64,000 nt of DNA, from assembly GCA_965248535.1 (NCBI GenBank), contig CBDFJR010000005.1, positions 1,216,001-1,280,000 of the forward strand. The letters run 5' to 3'. The notes under the pieces were generated by a model. It was given only the letters and a program-made list of their open reading frames with translations, was not told where the DNA came from and ran no database searches. The position numbers and the translations under genes are program-made. The stretch is from Phormidesmis sp. (GTDB taxonomy: Bacteria > Cyanobacteriota > Cyanobacteriia > Leptolyngbyales > Leptolyngbyaceae). Shown here one piece after another: positions 1 to 9,954 of this stretch; position 1 is the stretch's first letter, and every line of letters begins with the position of its first letter.

Positions 1-276
1 TGCGGGCGCATCGACCCAACGAAATTTCTGAAACGGTGCCTGATTCGACGGGGTAAACACGCGCTGCTGAGGAGTCGTCGTGGCAGTAATGGGAGTTTCA
101 AAGCCAAGCCGATTCGAGAGATAAAATGGCGTGCCGTTGGGCGGGGTGCATTGAATCGCAAACCCAGCGAAATCTTGGGTGAGAGAGGGGTCTAAGTCAA
201 ATGCCAGTAGAACAGTACCGTCTCCCGGATAGGCGTTGACGGAGAGTCCTGCACTGAGATGATTTGAATGGATCAT
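1..276 (-). CDS. N-terminus of a probable phospholipase D-like domain protein (runs off the window edge)
   Basis: Manual translation from ATG 276: MIHSNHLSAGLSVNAYPGDGTVLLAFDL...FAGFAI...SNQAPFQKFRWVD. Resembles the N-terminal region of bacterial PLD-like proteins; HKD motifs are outside the window. Confidence 0.55.
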   Translation of the reverse strand, partial: MIHSNHLSAGLSVNAYPGDGTVLLAFDLDPSLTQDFAGFAIQCTPPNGTPFYLSNRLGFETPITATTTPQQRVFTPSNQAPFQKFRWVDAPA

Positions 277-469
277 TGCCAAGCCCCAGATGACCGTTGT
301 TGCTCTTCCCTTATACTCCTAGAGGCGCTAACTGAAGATGACAAAGATGTGAACAGGAGATTGAGTTGATGTGACAAGCGCGAACAGTGCTCTGGATTAA
401 CGGCACAGCCGATCTAACTGAGTGAAATAACGCTACACTATCCTTCATTCATCCAGTAAGAGTTTCATC

Positions 470-865
470 ATGCTTAATATTCACCTTCTGCGATGGGCAG
501 TCGCCCCAGTCGCGATCGGGATGCTCATCCTTTCGGGATGCGGCAAACAAGAACAAGCGTCTGCTCCTGCTGCAAATACTCAGCCTGCGCCTGCCTCATC
601 CATAGCCGCAAAGTCTCCGATTCCCGCTGCTGCTGCAAGTCCATCCGGAGAAATGAAAGCCCCGGTTGGAGGAATGAAGCCATCCGGAGGGATGAAGCCC
701 CAGGGAACTCAGTGTGTGGGAGATGCGCCCGTCAAGGGCAATGTCAAAGGAGAGAAAAAGATCTACCACATTCCAGGCTCAAAGGGTTATGACGACACGA
801 AGCCTGAGACGTGTTTTAAGACCGCTGCCGATGCTGAGAAAGCAGGCTTTCATGCTCCTAAATAG
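470..865 (+). CDS. Lipoprotein with C-terminal sunset/Ada-like domain
   Basis: Lipobox LSGC, Ala/Pro-rich linker, VKGN...KIYHIPG...Y...PETCF...A.KAGF motif. Confidence 0.7.
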   Translation: MLNIHLLRWAVAPVAIGMLILSGCGKQEQASAPAANTQPAPASSIAAKSPIPAAAASPSGEMKAPVGGMKPSGGMKPQGTQCVGDAPVKGNVKGEKKIYHIPGSKGYDDTKPETCFKTAADAEKAGFHAPK

Positions 866-971
866 CAGGGTTGCTCCAAGCATTCATCTAGGCTTTCGTG
901 ACTCGATTACTAAGACCCGGTGTTTACAGGGATTTATCTTGACTTCTATGAGCTGTCAATATTGTCTAGAA

Positions 972-1331
972 CTAGGACGATTCTGAGCGGACTCGCCCTA
1001 AACTCATTAGCAAGACTCCCAGATCTACCAACAGAATTGCTCCCCATTTTTCAGGAATCAGAACGTCGATCGGTAAGGGTCTTGCGATCAGCAAGACCAC
1101 CAAAATTGCAGTTACAGGCAGGGAAATCTGCAATTTATTAGCATCGTTTGCGACATATCCACCTAGCTCAAACAGTCCCGTGAACATAGGCACGGCTTTA
1201 GGAGATTGAGCAATTCTGGCAAACACATTCTGAAGCGACAAACAGACTGTGGTGAGGAGTGCCAAGGTGAATCCTCGCCACCAATGAGCAGCCTTAAGAG
1301 GTGAGAAGTTAGGGGAGGCAGGAGAAGTCAT
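972..1331 (-). pseudogene. Internally deleted EamA/DMT transporter remnant
   Basis: Hydrophobic 119 aa joining an EamA-like start (LSLQNVFARI) to an EamA-like end (WGAILLVDLGVLLMSL); too short for a full protein. Confidence 0.45.
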
Positions 1332-1352
1332 CAGCGATAATTGGATGAAATA

Positions 1353-1470
1353 TAATACTTCGGACAGTTTTTGAGGTTGAAATCCTCATTTTATCGTTAG
1401 CATTTAACCTCCATAAGGAGGCTAAAACATATGTTCTACGGTTGGCGGTTCAAAACTGTTCAAACCGTTA
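1353..1470. mobile_element. MITE-like derivative of the IS at 29375-34478
   Basis: Left end AATACTTCGGACAGTTT matches the TIR at 34461-34477; degenerate inverted copy TCAAAACTGTTCAAACCGTTA at 1450-1470. Confidence 0.45.
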
Positions 1471-1633
1471 CTAGACGTGCTGCTGATTCTTACGTATGTT
1501 TCAGAATGGTTTCCGTAATCGTCCACTTGAATATTTCTATGCCCTTTCCTACAGATTTCTACCTCTTTAACGACTTTGTACTGAGACGGGTGCCAGATCT
1601 GAGCTAAATCAAATTATTTCTGATCTTCGCTCC

Positions 1634-1669
1634 AATCTTTCCAAGTTCTTGACATTTGTTATTTAAAGT
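1634..1669 (+). promoter_or_regulatory. Regulon box 1 plus -10 (upstream of COG4705-MFS-response regulator)
   Basis: AATCTTTCCAAGTTCTTGAC (1634-1653) + 10 nt + TAAAGT. Confidence 0.8.
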
Positions 1670-1927
1670 AAAACATGAGGTGAATTTGTGGTGATGACGA
1701 ACACAACAATTTGCAATACTGCTTGACAGTGGGAAATTCATCTAATCATCTTATGCTGACATGATAACTCTGCGATCTCTGAATTTTTCACAGGCAGTAT
1801 CAGCAATCATGTAATTCACCAGGCAAATTTCTCTATTTTAGTTGTGAAAAATCATGAATCTGTAGGTACAAGTAAAAGTCAGGAACTGGAATGAAAAATT
1901 TTCAAAAAATCAAGCAGGAAAAATATC

Positions 1928-2695
1928 ATGAGAAGAGTGTTAAACAGGGTTCCAGAAGTTACAGGTTCCTTCTGGATTGTTAAAGTTCTGGCAACCACGG
2001 TGGGTGAAACTGCGGCTGATTTTCTATCAGTAAATTTAAACCTTGGTTTAAGCGTTACATCGTATGTTATGAGTGGCGTATTGCTGATTGCGCTTCTGAA
2101 TCAGTTTAGGCTCAAACGGTATGTCCCAGTGAGCTACTGGATTGTAGTTGTTTTGATGAGTATTACTGGCACACTGATTACTGACAGACTGGTAGATAAT
2201 TTTGGAGTTAGTTTCATGACAACTACTGTCATTTTTAGTGTTGCCTTGACAGCAGTTTTTGCACTCTGGTATTTAAACGAAAAGACATTAGCGATGCACT
2301 CCATCAACACCGCTAAAAGAGAGTTGTTCTATTGGGCAGCTATCTTATTTACGTTTGCCTTGGGCACGGCAACAGGAGACCTTCTAGCGGAGGCTTCGGG
2401 TCTAGGTTATGCACAATCAGTTCTAGTGTTTGGCGCTTTAATTGCGATCGTAGCGATTAGTTATTATTACTTTCGGCTGAATGCAGTCTTGGCATTTTGG
2501 ATAGCTTACATCTTGACTCGCCCACTTGGAGCATCTATGGGAGATTTATTATCCCAACCTACGACAATGGGTGGTTTTGGTTTGGGTACAGTTAAAACTA
2601 GTATGCTCTTTCTTTCCATAATCGTGAGCTTGATCATTTACTTAAGCCTTAAGCAGAAGAAGCCAGTCGCACTGTCCATCGATCAACAAGATTAA
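1928..2695 (+). CDS. COG4705/DUF347 family membrane protein
   Basis: NRVPEVT..FWIVKVLATTVGETAADFL, FYWAAILFTFALGTATGD, AFWIAYILTRPLGASMGDLL motifs. Confidence 0.85.
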   Translation: MRRVLNRVPEVTGSFWIVKVLATTVGETAADFLSVNLNLGLSVTSYVMSGVLLIALLNQFRLKRYVPVSYWIVVVLMSITGTLITDRLVDNFGVSFMTTTVIFSVALTAVFALWYLNEKTLAMHSINTAKRELFYWAAILFTFALGTATGDLLAEASGLGYAQSVLVFGALIAIVAISYYYFRLNAVLAFWIAYILTRPLGASMGDLLSQPTTMGGFGLGTVKTSMLFLSIIVSLIIYLSLKQKKPVALSIDQQD

Positions 2696-2855
2696 TGAAT
2701 GAGCGATCCAGCGGTGACGATTTGCCCCATTGTTCAGCAGAGATCTTGAATCGATACTACGTCTATTGCTCGATTCCAGAAGTGATAAGCTTGCTCGTAG
2801 TAGTGCCGACAAATATCTGCTTGAGTAAGACAGTCATGTTTTCGGGTCGAGATCG

Positions 2856-4037
2856 ATGAAACCTCAACTTCTCAGAAACTTGCCCCGTAACGTTTGGATT
2901 CTGGGCTTTGTGAGTTTACTCACTGATGTCAGTTCCGAGATGATTCACTCGGTGCTGCCGTTGTTTCTCGTTTCAACGTTGGGAGCGAGTGTAGCTACAG
3001 TTGGACTGATTGAAGGGGTTGCCGAGGCAACGGCTTCAGTGCTGAAAGTCTTTTCAGGCGCATTAAGTGATTACTGGGGACAGCGGAAAGGATTAGCGAT
3101 CGCTGGATACGGACTATCGACGCTTGTTAAGCCACTGTTTGCGATCGCGACCAGTCCTGCTTGGGTTTTGTTGGCTCGATTTTCCGATCGAGTGGGTAAA
3201 GGAATTCGAGTCGCTCCGCGTGATGCCCTAGTCGCAGATGTAACGGCTCCTAGCGATCTCGGTGCAGCCTATGGATTGCGTCAGTCGCTCGATACGATCG
3301 GCGCATTTCTCGGCCCCTTAATTGCCTTTGCGTTGCTATCTCTATCCGCGCAGAATTTTCGGCTGGTTTTTTGGGTAGCACTGTTGCCGGGAGTGTTGGC
3401 AGTTGCTCTACTCGCAGTTGGAGTCCAGGAACCCAAAGCGCCGATTCGGGCGAAGCAAAACCCGCTACGATGGTCGGCGCTCAAAAGTTTGAGTCGAAGA
3501 TACTGGTGGTTGGTTGGCGTTGCCCTACTCTTCAATTTGGGAAACTCCAGCGATGCCTTTTTGCTGCTTCGAGCGAAACAGGTCGGAATTGCAGATCCTC
3601 TGATTCCTTTATCTTTAGTGGTGATGAATGTAGCGTATTCGTTGAGTGCTTATCCGATCGGGTTACTCTCCGATCGCGTGGGTCGGATGGGGCTTTTAGT
3701 CGGTGGATTCTCACTCTATGCGCTGACTTATTTGGGATTTGGGTTTGTCCAAGCGCCTTGGCAAATTTGGGGGCTGTTTGCGCTCTATGGGTTGCATCTG
3801 GGAATGAGTCAAGGGTTGCTGCTGGCGATCGTCGCTGACACGATTCCCAGTGCTCTACGCGGCACTGCCTTTGGACTGATTAATCTCGTGACTGGAATCG
3901 CGCTTTTACCTGCGAGTTTACTCGCAGGATTTTTGTGGCAAAGTGTCAGTCCGCAGGCAACTTTTTTAGTAGGAAGTTTATTTGCGATCGCGGCGATTTT
4001 CCTTCTTTTGGCAATCCCTCGCGATAATGTGGATTGA
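2856..4037 (+). CDS. MFS transporter
   Basis: About 12 TM helices; GALSDYWGQRK and GLLSDRVGR motif-A loops; DRVGKGIRVAPRDAL. Confidence 0.9.
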   Translation: MKPQLLRNLPRNVWILGFVSLLTDVSSEMIHSVLPLFLVSTLGASVATVGLIEGVAEATASVLKVFSGALSDYWGQRKGLAIAGYGLSTLVKPLFAIATSPAWVLLARFSDRVGKGIRVAPRDALVADVTAPSDLGAAYGLRQSLDTIGAFLGPLIAFALLSLSAQNFRLVFWVALLPGVLAVALLAVGVQEPKAPIRAKQNPLRWSALKSLSRRYWWLVGVALLFNLGNSSDAFLLLRAKQVGIADPLIPLSLVVMNVAYSLSAYPIGLLSDRVGRMGLLVGGFSLYALTYLGFGFVQAPWQIWGLFALYGLHLGMSQGLLLAIVADTIPSALRGTAFGLINLVTGIALLPASLLAGFLWQSVSPQATFLVGSLFAIAAIFLLLAIPRDNVD

Positions 4038-4061
4038 AGCCTGAGTAATCTAGCAACACTG

Positions 4062-4736
4062 ATGAGAATTTTATTAGTTGAAGACGATCACCGAATTGCG
4101 AAGCCTTTAGCAGAAGATCTGCGACATCAGCACCATGTTGTAGACATTGCGAAAGATGGTTTAGAGGGATGGGAAGCGTCTCAGTTGGTTGCTTATGACC
4201 TGATTTTACTGGACTTAATGTTACCGAAGCTGGACGGCGTTAGCCTGTGTAAACGGTTGCGAACTGCCAAATCCCAAGCCCTAATTCTGATGCTAACAGC
4301 ACGCGACACGACGGGCGATAAAATCATTGGATTGGATGCCGGAGCCGATGATTATTTGGTTAAGCCCTTTGAACTAGATGAATTAGCCGCAAGAATTCGG
4401 GCGTTGTCACGACGAAGTTCAGAAGTCAAACCCTCAACTTTGATTCATGGTCAATTAGAAATTGATCCAAGTACTTACCATGTCACATATGGAGGCGTGC
4501 CTGTATCACTAACGCCTAGAGAATATATGATTCTGGAGTGTTTTTTACGAACTCCTAGTCAGGTTTTAACTCGTTCAGCCATCCTAGACAAGCTGTGGGA
4601 GTTTGATAAATCTTCGGGAGAAGAAACGATTAAAACTCATATTACGAACTTGCGTCGCAAGCTGAAAGTCGCTGGGAGTCCAGAGGATTTTATCGAAACG
4701 GTGTATGGTCTCGGTTATCGACTTCATTCTGTTTAA
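4062..4736 (+). CDS. OmpR/PhoB family response regulator
   Basis: LLVEDD, LDLMLP (phospho-Asp), GADDYLVKPF, winged-helix IETVYGLGYRL. Confidence 0.95.
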   Translation: MRILLVEDDHRIAKPLAEDLRHQHHVVDIAKDGLEGWEASQLVAYDLILLDLMLPKLDGVSLCKRLRTAKSQALILMLTARDTTGDKIIGLDAGADDYLVKPFELDELAARIRALSRRSSEVKPSTLIHGQLEIDPSTYHVTYGGVPVSLTPREYMILECFLRTPSQVLTRSAILDKLWEFDKSSGEETIKTHITNLRRKLKVAGSPEDFIETVYGLGYRLHSV

Positions 4737-4737
4737 C

Positions 4738-6151
4738 CAGTGGTGGGTTTGGGAGGCGATAGGTTCCACGCTCTATGCGAAGCATGAGCGCCCCTGATAC
4801 ATGGACATCCCAAGCGCCTGAGCGAAGCGAAGAAGCCCTCTCTCAGAGCATTTAACAGAATGCCTAAATTTGTTAAATTATTGGAATGTTGAGTCTGACC
4901 TACAGCTACCGAATTTATCCAGACCTCACCCAATCAGCCGAAATGCTGTCTTGGTTGGAGCAATGTAGAAAGGTCTACAACTATGCTTTGCAAGAGCGCA
5001 AGGACTGGATCAATTCGCGTAAATGTGCGGTCAACGCTTGCAGCATCAGAGCAGAATACATCCTTCCCGCAGACGTACCCTACCCCGATTACTACAAGCA
5101 GCAGAACGCGTTGACTCAAGCCAAGAACGAGATTCCTGAACTCAAACAAGTTCAGTCTCAAGTGCTGCAAGACGCGCTGCGCCGAGTCGATAAAGCCTTC
5201 AAGTTCATGAAAGAGCGGGATTTTGGGTTCCCACGCTTCAAGAAGTTTGGGCAGTATCGCTCGGTTGTGTTTCCGCAATTCAAAGCGAATCCCCTGAGCA
5301 GGAACTGCATCAAGTTGCCGAAGCTTGGGGACATCCCGATCAATCTGCACCGCCCGATTCCCGATGGATTCGAGGTGAAGCAGGTCAGAGTGGTGAAGAA
5401 AGCGTCGCGCTGGTACGCCCAATTGATTCTGCAATGCAATGTTCAAGTGCCCGACATCCTGCCCCATGGTGAACCCATCGGCATTGATTTGGGACTGGAA
5501 AAGTTCTTGGCGGTTTCGACCGGAGCGTTGATTCAACGACCCCGCTTTTTTGTGGACTTGCAAGGCAAGCTGAAATGGCTGCAACGCAAGTTAAGAAACA
5601 AAAAGAAGGGTTCTGCGAATTACCGGAAAGCCCAAGCCAAGATTCGCACTCTGCACGAACACATTCACGACACCAGGCGAGAGTTCCACTTTCAAACGGC
5701 TCACCAGCTTTGTGATCAAGTCGGGATGATCTTTGCTGAAGACCTCAACTTCAAAATGATGAGTCGAGGGATGTTGGCAAAGCATTGTTTGGACGCTGCG
5801 TGGGGGAGCTTCCTCGACATCCTCAAATGGGTGAGTTGGAAGCGAGGGGTGTTCTTTGCCAAGGTAGACCCCAACGGGACAAGTCAAACTTGCCCCAACT
5901 GTGGAGCGCAGACCGGAAAGAAAGAACTGAGTCAGCGTGTGCATGAGTGTGGTGAGTGTGGATATGTCACTGACCGAGATGTAGCTGCCGCCCAAGTGGT
6001 GATGCAGCGTGGACTTGTAGCCGTTGGGCAAACGGTGATACTGCCTGTGGAGGAAGGTTGCTTGGGAACCCCGATGAAGCAGGAAAGCTCGGTTGCGAAG
6101 CCGAGAAGCCAGCGCGCTATTGCGAAGCAATGAGCGTCTGGAGAATGTCAC
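4738..6151 (+). mobile_element. IS200/IS605-family non-autonomous (tnpB-only) element
   Basis: Related subterminal hairpins (CGCTCTATGCGAAGCATGAGCG near 4769; CGCTATTGCGAAGCAATGAGCG near 6114). Right end GAGAATGTCAC; TTAAC precedes the inferred left end. Exact ends are inferred. Confidence 0.7.
4886..6133 (+). CDS. tnpB: RNA-guided endonuclease TnpB
   Basis: YSYRIYP, GIDLGL (RuvC-I), AEDL (RuvC-II), CPNCG..CGECG Zn finger, DRDVAAA (RuvC-III). Confidence 0.95.
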   Translation: MLSLTYSYRIYPDLTQSAEMLSWLEQCRKVYNYALQERKDWINSRKCAVNACSIRAEYILPADVPYPDYYKQQNALTQAKNEIPELKQVQSQVLQDALRRVDKAFKFMKERDFGFPRFKKFGQYRSVVFPQFKANPLSRNCIKLPKLGDIPINLHRPIPDGFEVKQVRVVKKASRWYAQLILQCNVQVPDILPHGEPIGIDLGLEKFLAVSTGALIQRPRFFVDLQGKLKWLQRKLRNKKKGSANYRKAQAKIRTLHEHIHDTRREFHFQTAHQLCDQVGMIFAEDLNFKMMSRGMLAKHCLDAAWGSFLDILKWVSWKRGVFFAKVDPNGTSQTCPNCGAQTGKKELSQRVHECGECGYVTDRDVAAAQVVMQRGLVAVGQTVILPVEEGCLGTPMKQESSVAKPRSQRAIAKQ

Positions 6152-6157
6152 CTCAGT

Positions 6158-6193
6158 AATCTTTTCAAGTTCTTGACATTGTTTCTCTACGAT
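6158..6193 (+). promoter_or_regulatory. Regulon box 2 plus -10 (upstream of uppP-histidine kinase)
   Basis: AATCTTTTCAAGTTCTTGAC + 10 nt + TACGAT. Confidence 0.8.
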
Positions 6194-6222
6194 AAGAGCG
6201 TTGTTTTAACTCTCGGCGTAGA

Positions 6223-7116
6223 ATGATTTCTTACCTTATGGTCACTTCCGCTTGTTCGAGCGATGTTGATTTGGGATTTGTGCAACTCGGCTGGTTTAAG
6301 GTCATGATCTTGGGCATTGTTCAAGGCATTACTGAGCTACTGCCAATTAGTAGTACGGCTCATCTGCGAATTGTTCCAGGTTTGCTGGGATGGCAAGATC
6401 CAGGCAGCGCCTTTAGTGCTGCGATGCAGTTAGCTAGTCTGACGGCGGTTGTCACTTATTTCTGGAAAGACCTTAACCGTATGACTGGCGCAACCATTCG
6501 AGCCATTGCACAACAAGACTATCAGGATCAAGATTTTCGACTCGCGATCGGGCTACTCGTTGGAACCATTCCCATTGGAATTACTGGGTTGCTGCTGAAA
6601 AAAACGCTCAATGCCTGTAATTCTCCGTTTCGCGCCCTTACCGTCGTTGGGATTGCATCGATCGTCATGGCTCTGTTACTGGCAATCGCAGAGAAACGCG
6701 GCAAGCGAAATCGGGAGTTCAATAAACTTTCGATGCAAGACGGAATTTGGGTAGGTCTTGCTCAAGCTTTGGCGCTCATTCCTGGAGTCTCTCGTTCTGG
6801 CTCGACGCTCACCGCAGGACTTTTCTTAGAAATGGATCGTGAAACGGCTGCCAGATTTTCCTTTTTACTCGGATTGCCAGCCATCATTTTAGCAGGCGCA
6901 CTCGAACTGCATACACTATTCAAAGCTGGGCTTGACCTCTATGGGTGGATGATTCTACTGGTCGGACTGGTTACAGCTAGTCTTTCTGCATTTGCTGCAA
7001 TTTACGGACTCCTTCACTATTTAGAAAAACGCTCTACCTGGGTATTTGTTTGGTATCGTCTGATTATGGGTGTATTCCTACTCGTCGGAGTTAGTGCGGG
7101 ATTTCTTCGCAATTAG
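6223..7116 (+). CDS. uppP: Undecaprenyl-diphosphate phosphatase (BacA/UppP)
   Basis: GIVQGITELLPISSTAHL and ALIPGVSRSGST signature motifs. Confidence 0.95.
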   Translation: MISYLMVTSACSSDVDLGFVQLGWFKVMILGIVQGITELLPISSTAHLRIVPGLLGWQDPGSAFSAAMQLASLTAVVTYFWKDLNRMTGATIRAIAQQDYQDQDFRLAIGLLVGTIPIGITGLLLKKTLNACNSPFRALTVVGIASIVMALLLAIAEKRGKRNREFNKLSMQDGIWVGLAQALALIPGVSRSGSTLTAGLFLEMDRETAARFSFLLGLPAIILAGALELHTLFKAGLDLYGWMILLVGLVTASLSAFAAIYGLLHYLEKRSTWVFVWYRLIMGVFLLVGVSAGFLRN

Positions 7117-7157
7117 TTACCCTTAGTGTTAGCTGTTCTCTATTGCCTTCAGCATTT

Positions 7158-8405
7158 GTGTTTAAGCAGATTCAGTATCGCTTGTTGGTTTCCTACCTCA
7201 TCGTTTTCACAGCGATTTTAGGAACGTTTGCGATCGCTGTTCGCATTGTTTACGGGTATAGTCTGAAGCAGCAACTCACCGACAAACTCGTCGCATTAGG
7301 ACAAGGAGCAGTATCCAGCGCAGACGTAAATAACGGTCGGCTCGAAGTCGGGCATGACATTTCTGCTCAAGATTTAATTACGCGGGGTCAAGCACTGCAA
7401 TGGTTTGATCTTCAGGGTCGATTGATGACTCAGCAAGGAAAAACGGTGACGACCTTACCGTTTTCGAGCAGTGAAACTTCTCAAGTTCAGAGATCACACC
7501 CTCGTATCCAATCGATCACGTTACCCATTGTCAGCAGCGACAATCAACACCGCTTTGGATATGTTAGAGCGAGTCAATCTCTCGAAGAATTAGATGAAAA
7601 TCTGCGAAAGCTCGACTGGGGTTTAGGAAGTGGAATTGTGATGGCACTGATTCTCAGCGGTATTGGAGGGGTTTGGTTAACTCGCCAAGCCATGCAGCCG
7701 ATCGAGGAAAGTTTTGAGCGTCTGAAACAATTTACGGCGGATGCGTCCCATGAATTACGAAGTCCGTTGATGGTCATTAAAAGCAATGTATCTGTCGCTC
7801 TAAAATATTCAGATGGGATGCGCCCAACTGATGCCGAAAAGTTTGATGCGATCGCGAGTGCGACTCATCAAATGACTCACCTCACCGAAGACTTATTGTT
7901 ACTAGCGCGGACTGATAAGGTAGCAGTTCCAGATCGACAACCTGTTAATTTAACCCAAGTTTTAGAGCAGATAGTTGAGTTATACCAGCCTCAGGCCCAG
8001 ACCAAGCAAATCAGCCTGCAAGCTCACCTTGCTCAGTCTGCTTTTGTGCTAGGTGACTCAGCACAACTGATTCGATTGTTCATAAATCTAATTGTGAATG
8101 CTTTGCACTACACTCTAGAGCGAGGAAAGGTCGAGGTAAAGTTAAATCGAACTGGGCAAAGCCTTGTGGTTGACGTGAGCGATACGGGAGTCGGAATTGC
8201 TCCAGAACATCTAGCGCGGGTGTTTGACCGATTTTGGCGGGCGGATCAGTCGCGCTCTCATGAGGATGGCGGGTCTGGGTTAGGACTCGCGATCGCGCAA
8301 TCGATCGCTCAAAGTCATGGCGGGACAATCAGCGTCAGTAGTCAGGTTGGGGTTGGCACTTGTTTCACCGTGCAGTTGCCTCTCTTAACAAGACTATTTC
8401 CCTGA
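7158..8405 (+). CDS. Sensor histidine kinase (probable GTG start at 7158)
   Basis: Two TM segments, H-box FTADASHELRSPL, N-box NLIVNAL, G-boxes DTGVGI and GGSGLGLAI. Confidence 0.93.
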   Translation: MFKQIQYRLLVSYLIVFTAILGTFAIAVRIVYGYSLKQQLTDKLVALGQGAVSSADVNNGRLEVGHDISAQDLITRGQALQWFDLQGRLMTQQGKTVTTLPFSSSETSQVQRSHPRIQSITLPIVSSDNQHRFGYVRASQSLEELDENLRKLDWGLGSGIVMALILSGIGGVWLTRQAMQPIEESFERLKQFTADASHELRSPLMVIKSNVSVALKYSDGMRPTDAEKFDAIASATHQMTHLTEDLLLLARTDKVAVPDRQPVNLTQVLEQIVELYQPQAQTKQISLQAHLAQSAFVLGDSAQLIRLFINLIVNALHYTLERGKVEVKLNRTGQSLVVDVSDTGVGIAPEHLARVFDRFWRADQSRSHEDGGSGLGLAIAQSIAQSHGGTISVSSQVGVGTCFTVQLPLLTRLFP

Positions 8406-8426
8406 TTGCCAGTCCAGTGCGACTAA

Positions 8427-9290
8427 TTATGGTACTTTCTCTAGTAGAACAAACCCAGTATATTGTGTGATGGTTTGCCAATATCGTCTAGCAAAACAGC
8501 GGATTAAAATTTCAGCAACTCCGACTAAGTGGGTTTGCCGATTGCAAAGACAAGCCGCTTGCCAAATCGATCGAAACTCCTTCACTCTCCAGCCATAGGG
8601 TCGAAAAAAATCTGTGCCCTCATCAGGAGCAAACAAAAAGGTTGCCTTCCCATTCGCGAAGTATTGGTCAAATAGCCTTTGTCGGTCAGATTTTTGAGCC
8701 TGCTGTAATATCATCGACGAGGCTAACTCAAACATCCACCAGCGAAAATTCGATTGCTGATGTAAATCGGCTGCAAGAGATGCAACTTGTGCTTCAGTCA
8801 GATAAGACAACAAACCTTCTGTAATCACAAGAGCTTGGTTTGCCGAGGCGTTGACCTGTGCAAACAGATTTTTTCTCAAGGCGACATCAGTAAGGTCTAG
8901 CTTGATTCGTTCTACCCAACAAACGGGCTGTTCGCTCTTCAGTATCTGCTCTTTGTGCGTCAGAATGCCTGGGAAATCAACCTCAATCCAGCGCAGGGAA
9001 GCCGGAAGATTTAACCGATAGGGACGGGTATCTAATCCAGCCGCTAGGTTTAGAACAGTGTCAACGCTGCCTGATTCTACAAGGCGTGTGATCATCCCAT
9101 CGATCGTGCAGGTGCGAATTGCCATTGCAGCGATTCCTTGTTGTTTCTCCCCCAGCACTTCAACCATCATTGCTCCTTCTCCGCCGGCCAAGCGACGCGC
9201 AAATAGATCTTGAAACAGTGCATCTGGACGTTCACTTTCTAAGGCGCGATACATAGCAACTAAGTGGGCCGTTGCAGAAATATTATTCAT
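8427..9290 (-). CDS. SAM-dependent methyltransferase, leucine carboxyl methyltransferase (LCM)-like family
   Basis: TAHLVAMYRALESERPDALFQD.FA, LNLAAGLDTRPYRL, ITEGLLSYL. Confidence 0.88.
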   Translation of the reverse strand: MNNISATAHLVAMYRALESERPDALFQDLFARRLAGGEGAMMVEVLGEKQQGIAAMAIRTCTIDGMITRLVESGSVDTVLNLAAGLDTRPYRLNLPASLRWIEVDFPGILTHKEQILKSEQPVCWVERIKLDLTDVALRKNLFAQVNASANQALVITEGLLSYLTEAQVASLAADLHQQSNFRWWMFELASSMILQQAQKSDRQRLFDQYFANGKATFLFAPDEGTDFFRPYGWRVKEFRSIWQAACLCNRQTHLVGVAEILIRCFARRYWQTITQYTGFVLLEKVP

Positions 9291-9799
9291 AGTTCATCAG
9301 AATCAGCAAAGTCCGAGAGTGCAAAAATTGGCTTGCGATAAGCGAGATACCGAAACTCCGATTCTTGAAAATGCTGCTTTACAACTTTTAATCCCTGCGA
9401 TCGTAGTATCGGAGCCATCTGTTCTGCTACATTAAAGAACAGTGGCTGCCATCCGTAGGCTTCAGTAAAGGTTAGAAACTCATACAGCGCCACTATAATC
9501 TGTGAATTGCGCCCTTTGAAGTTTTCGCCAGAAATGCTCACCACGAGCCGCTGAAATGCCTCAAAAACAGTTTGTTCATGAATCGCTCGGAGATGTTCAG
9601 ACTGCTCGATTGCCAAGATAGTGTAGCTAATAGAAGGAGATATGTATGCTCTATTATTCCTACAGAATCGCATCTGGTGATCAACGAAAATCTGTGAAAT
9701 TACTTCTATAGTCAATAGATTGTTCGCATTCTGCTTTGACAGTTCTGTTGAAGCGACTAACGGTCGGCGAGTTATTGAAGTATTTATCAATTTAGTCAC
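9287..9799 (-). CDS. Hypothetical protein with weak resemblance to the aminoacyl-PG synthase (DUF2156) domain
   Basis: EFLTFTEAYGWQPLFFNVAEQMAPILRSQGLK parallels SFQQFCDLNDWYAAFYEVPPDQLDLYTSLGLR of the MprF in this window. The GTG start overlaps the upstream stop (GTGA). Confidence 0.45.
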   Translation of the reverse strand: MTKLINTSITRRPLVASTELSKQNANNLLTIEVISQIFVDHQMRFCRNNRAYISPSISYTILAIEQSEHLRAIHEQTVFEAFQRLVVSISGENFKGRNSQIIVALYEFLTFTEAYGWQPLFFNVAEQMAPILRSQGLKVVKQHFQESEFRYLAYRKPIFALSDFADSDEL

Positions 9800-9954
9800 G
9801 GAAACCTTGCCTGCTGGCAAGTTGAATAATCAGGATCACACGAACGACTCATTGTCACAACAAGGTTGATCAGCATTGCTGCAAAGACTATTGTTGCTAG
9901 GCTAATTATCAGGATCTGAAACACCAGTTTGAGCGGGTAATATTTTCCGTCCAT
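9796..9954 (-). CDS. Unannotated 52-aa single-TM small protein
   Basis: MDGKYYPLKLVFQILIISLATIVFAAMLINLVVTMSRSCDPDYSTCQQARFP; lies downstream of regulon box 3; stop overlaps the next start. Confidence 0.6.
   Translation of the reverse strand: MDGKYYPLKLVFQILIISLATIVFAAMLINLVVTMSRSCDPDYSTCQQARFP

Noticed and set aside
1649..1654. TTGACA/TTGACT within the boxes read as ordinary -35 elements
   Set aside because: The conserved -10 lies only 9 nt after the hexamer in all copies, far from the 16-18 nt sigma70 spacing; it is better read as a half-site.
1878..1897. Possible tenth regulon box (GTCAGGAACTGGAATG, minus strand)
   Set aside because: Several mismatches plus a gap, and no TAnnnT at the 10-nt spacing.
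4934..6151. Minus-strand ORFs of 216 and 186 aa
   Set aside because: Antisense to tnpB with no recognisable motifs.
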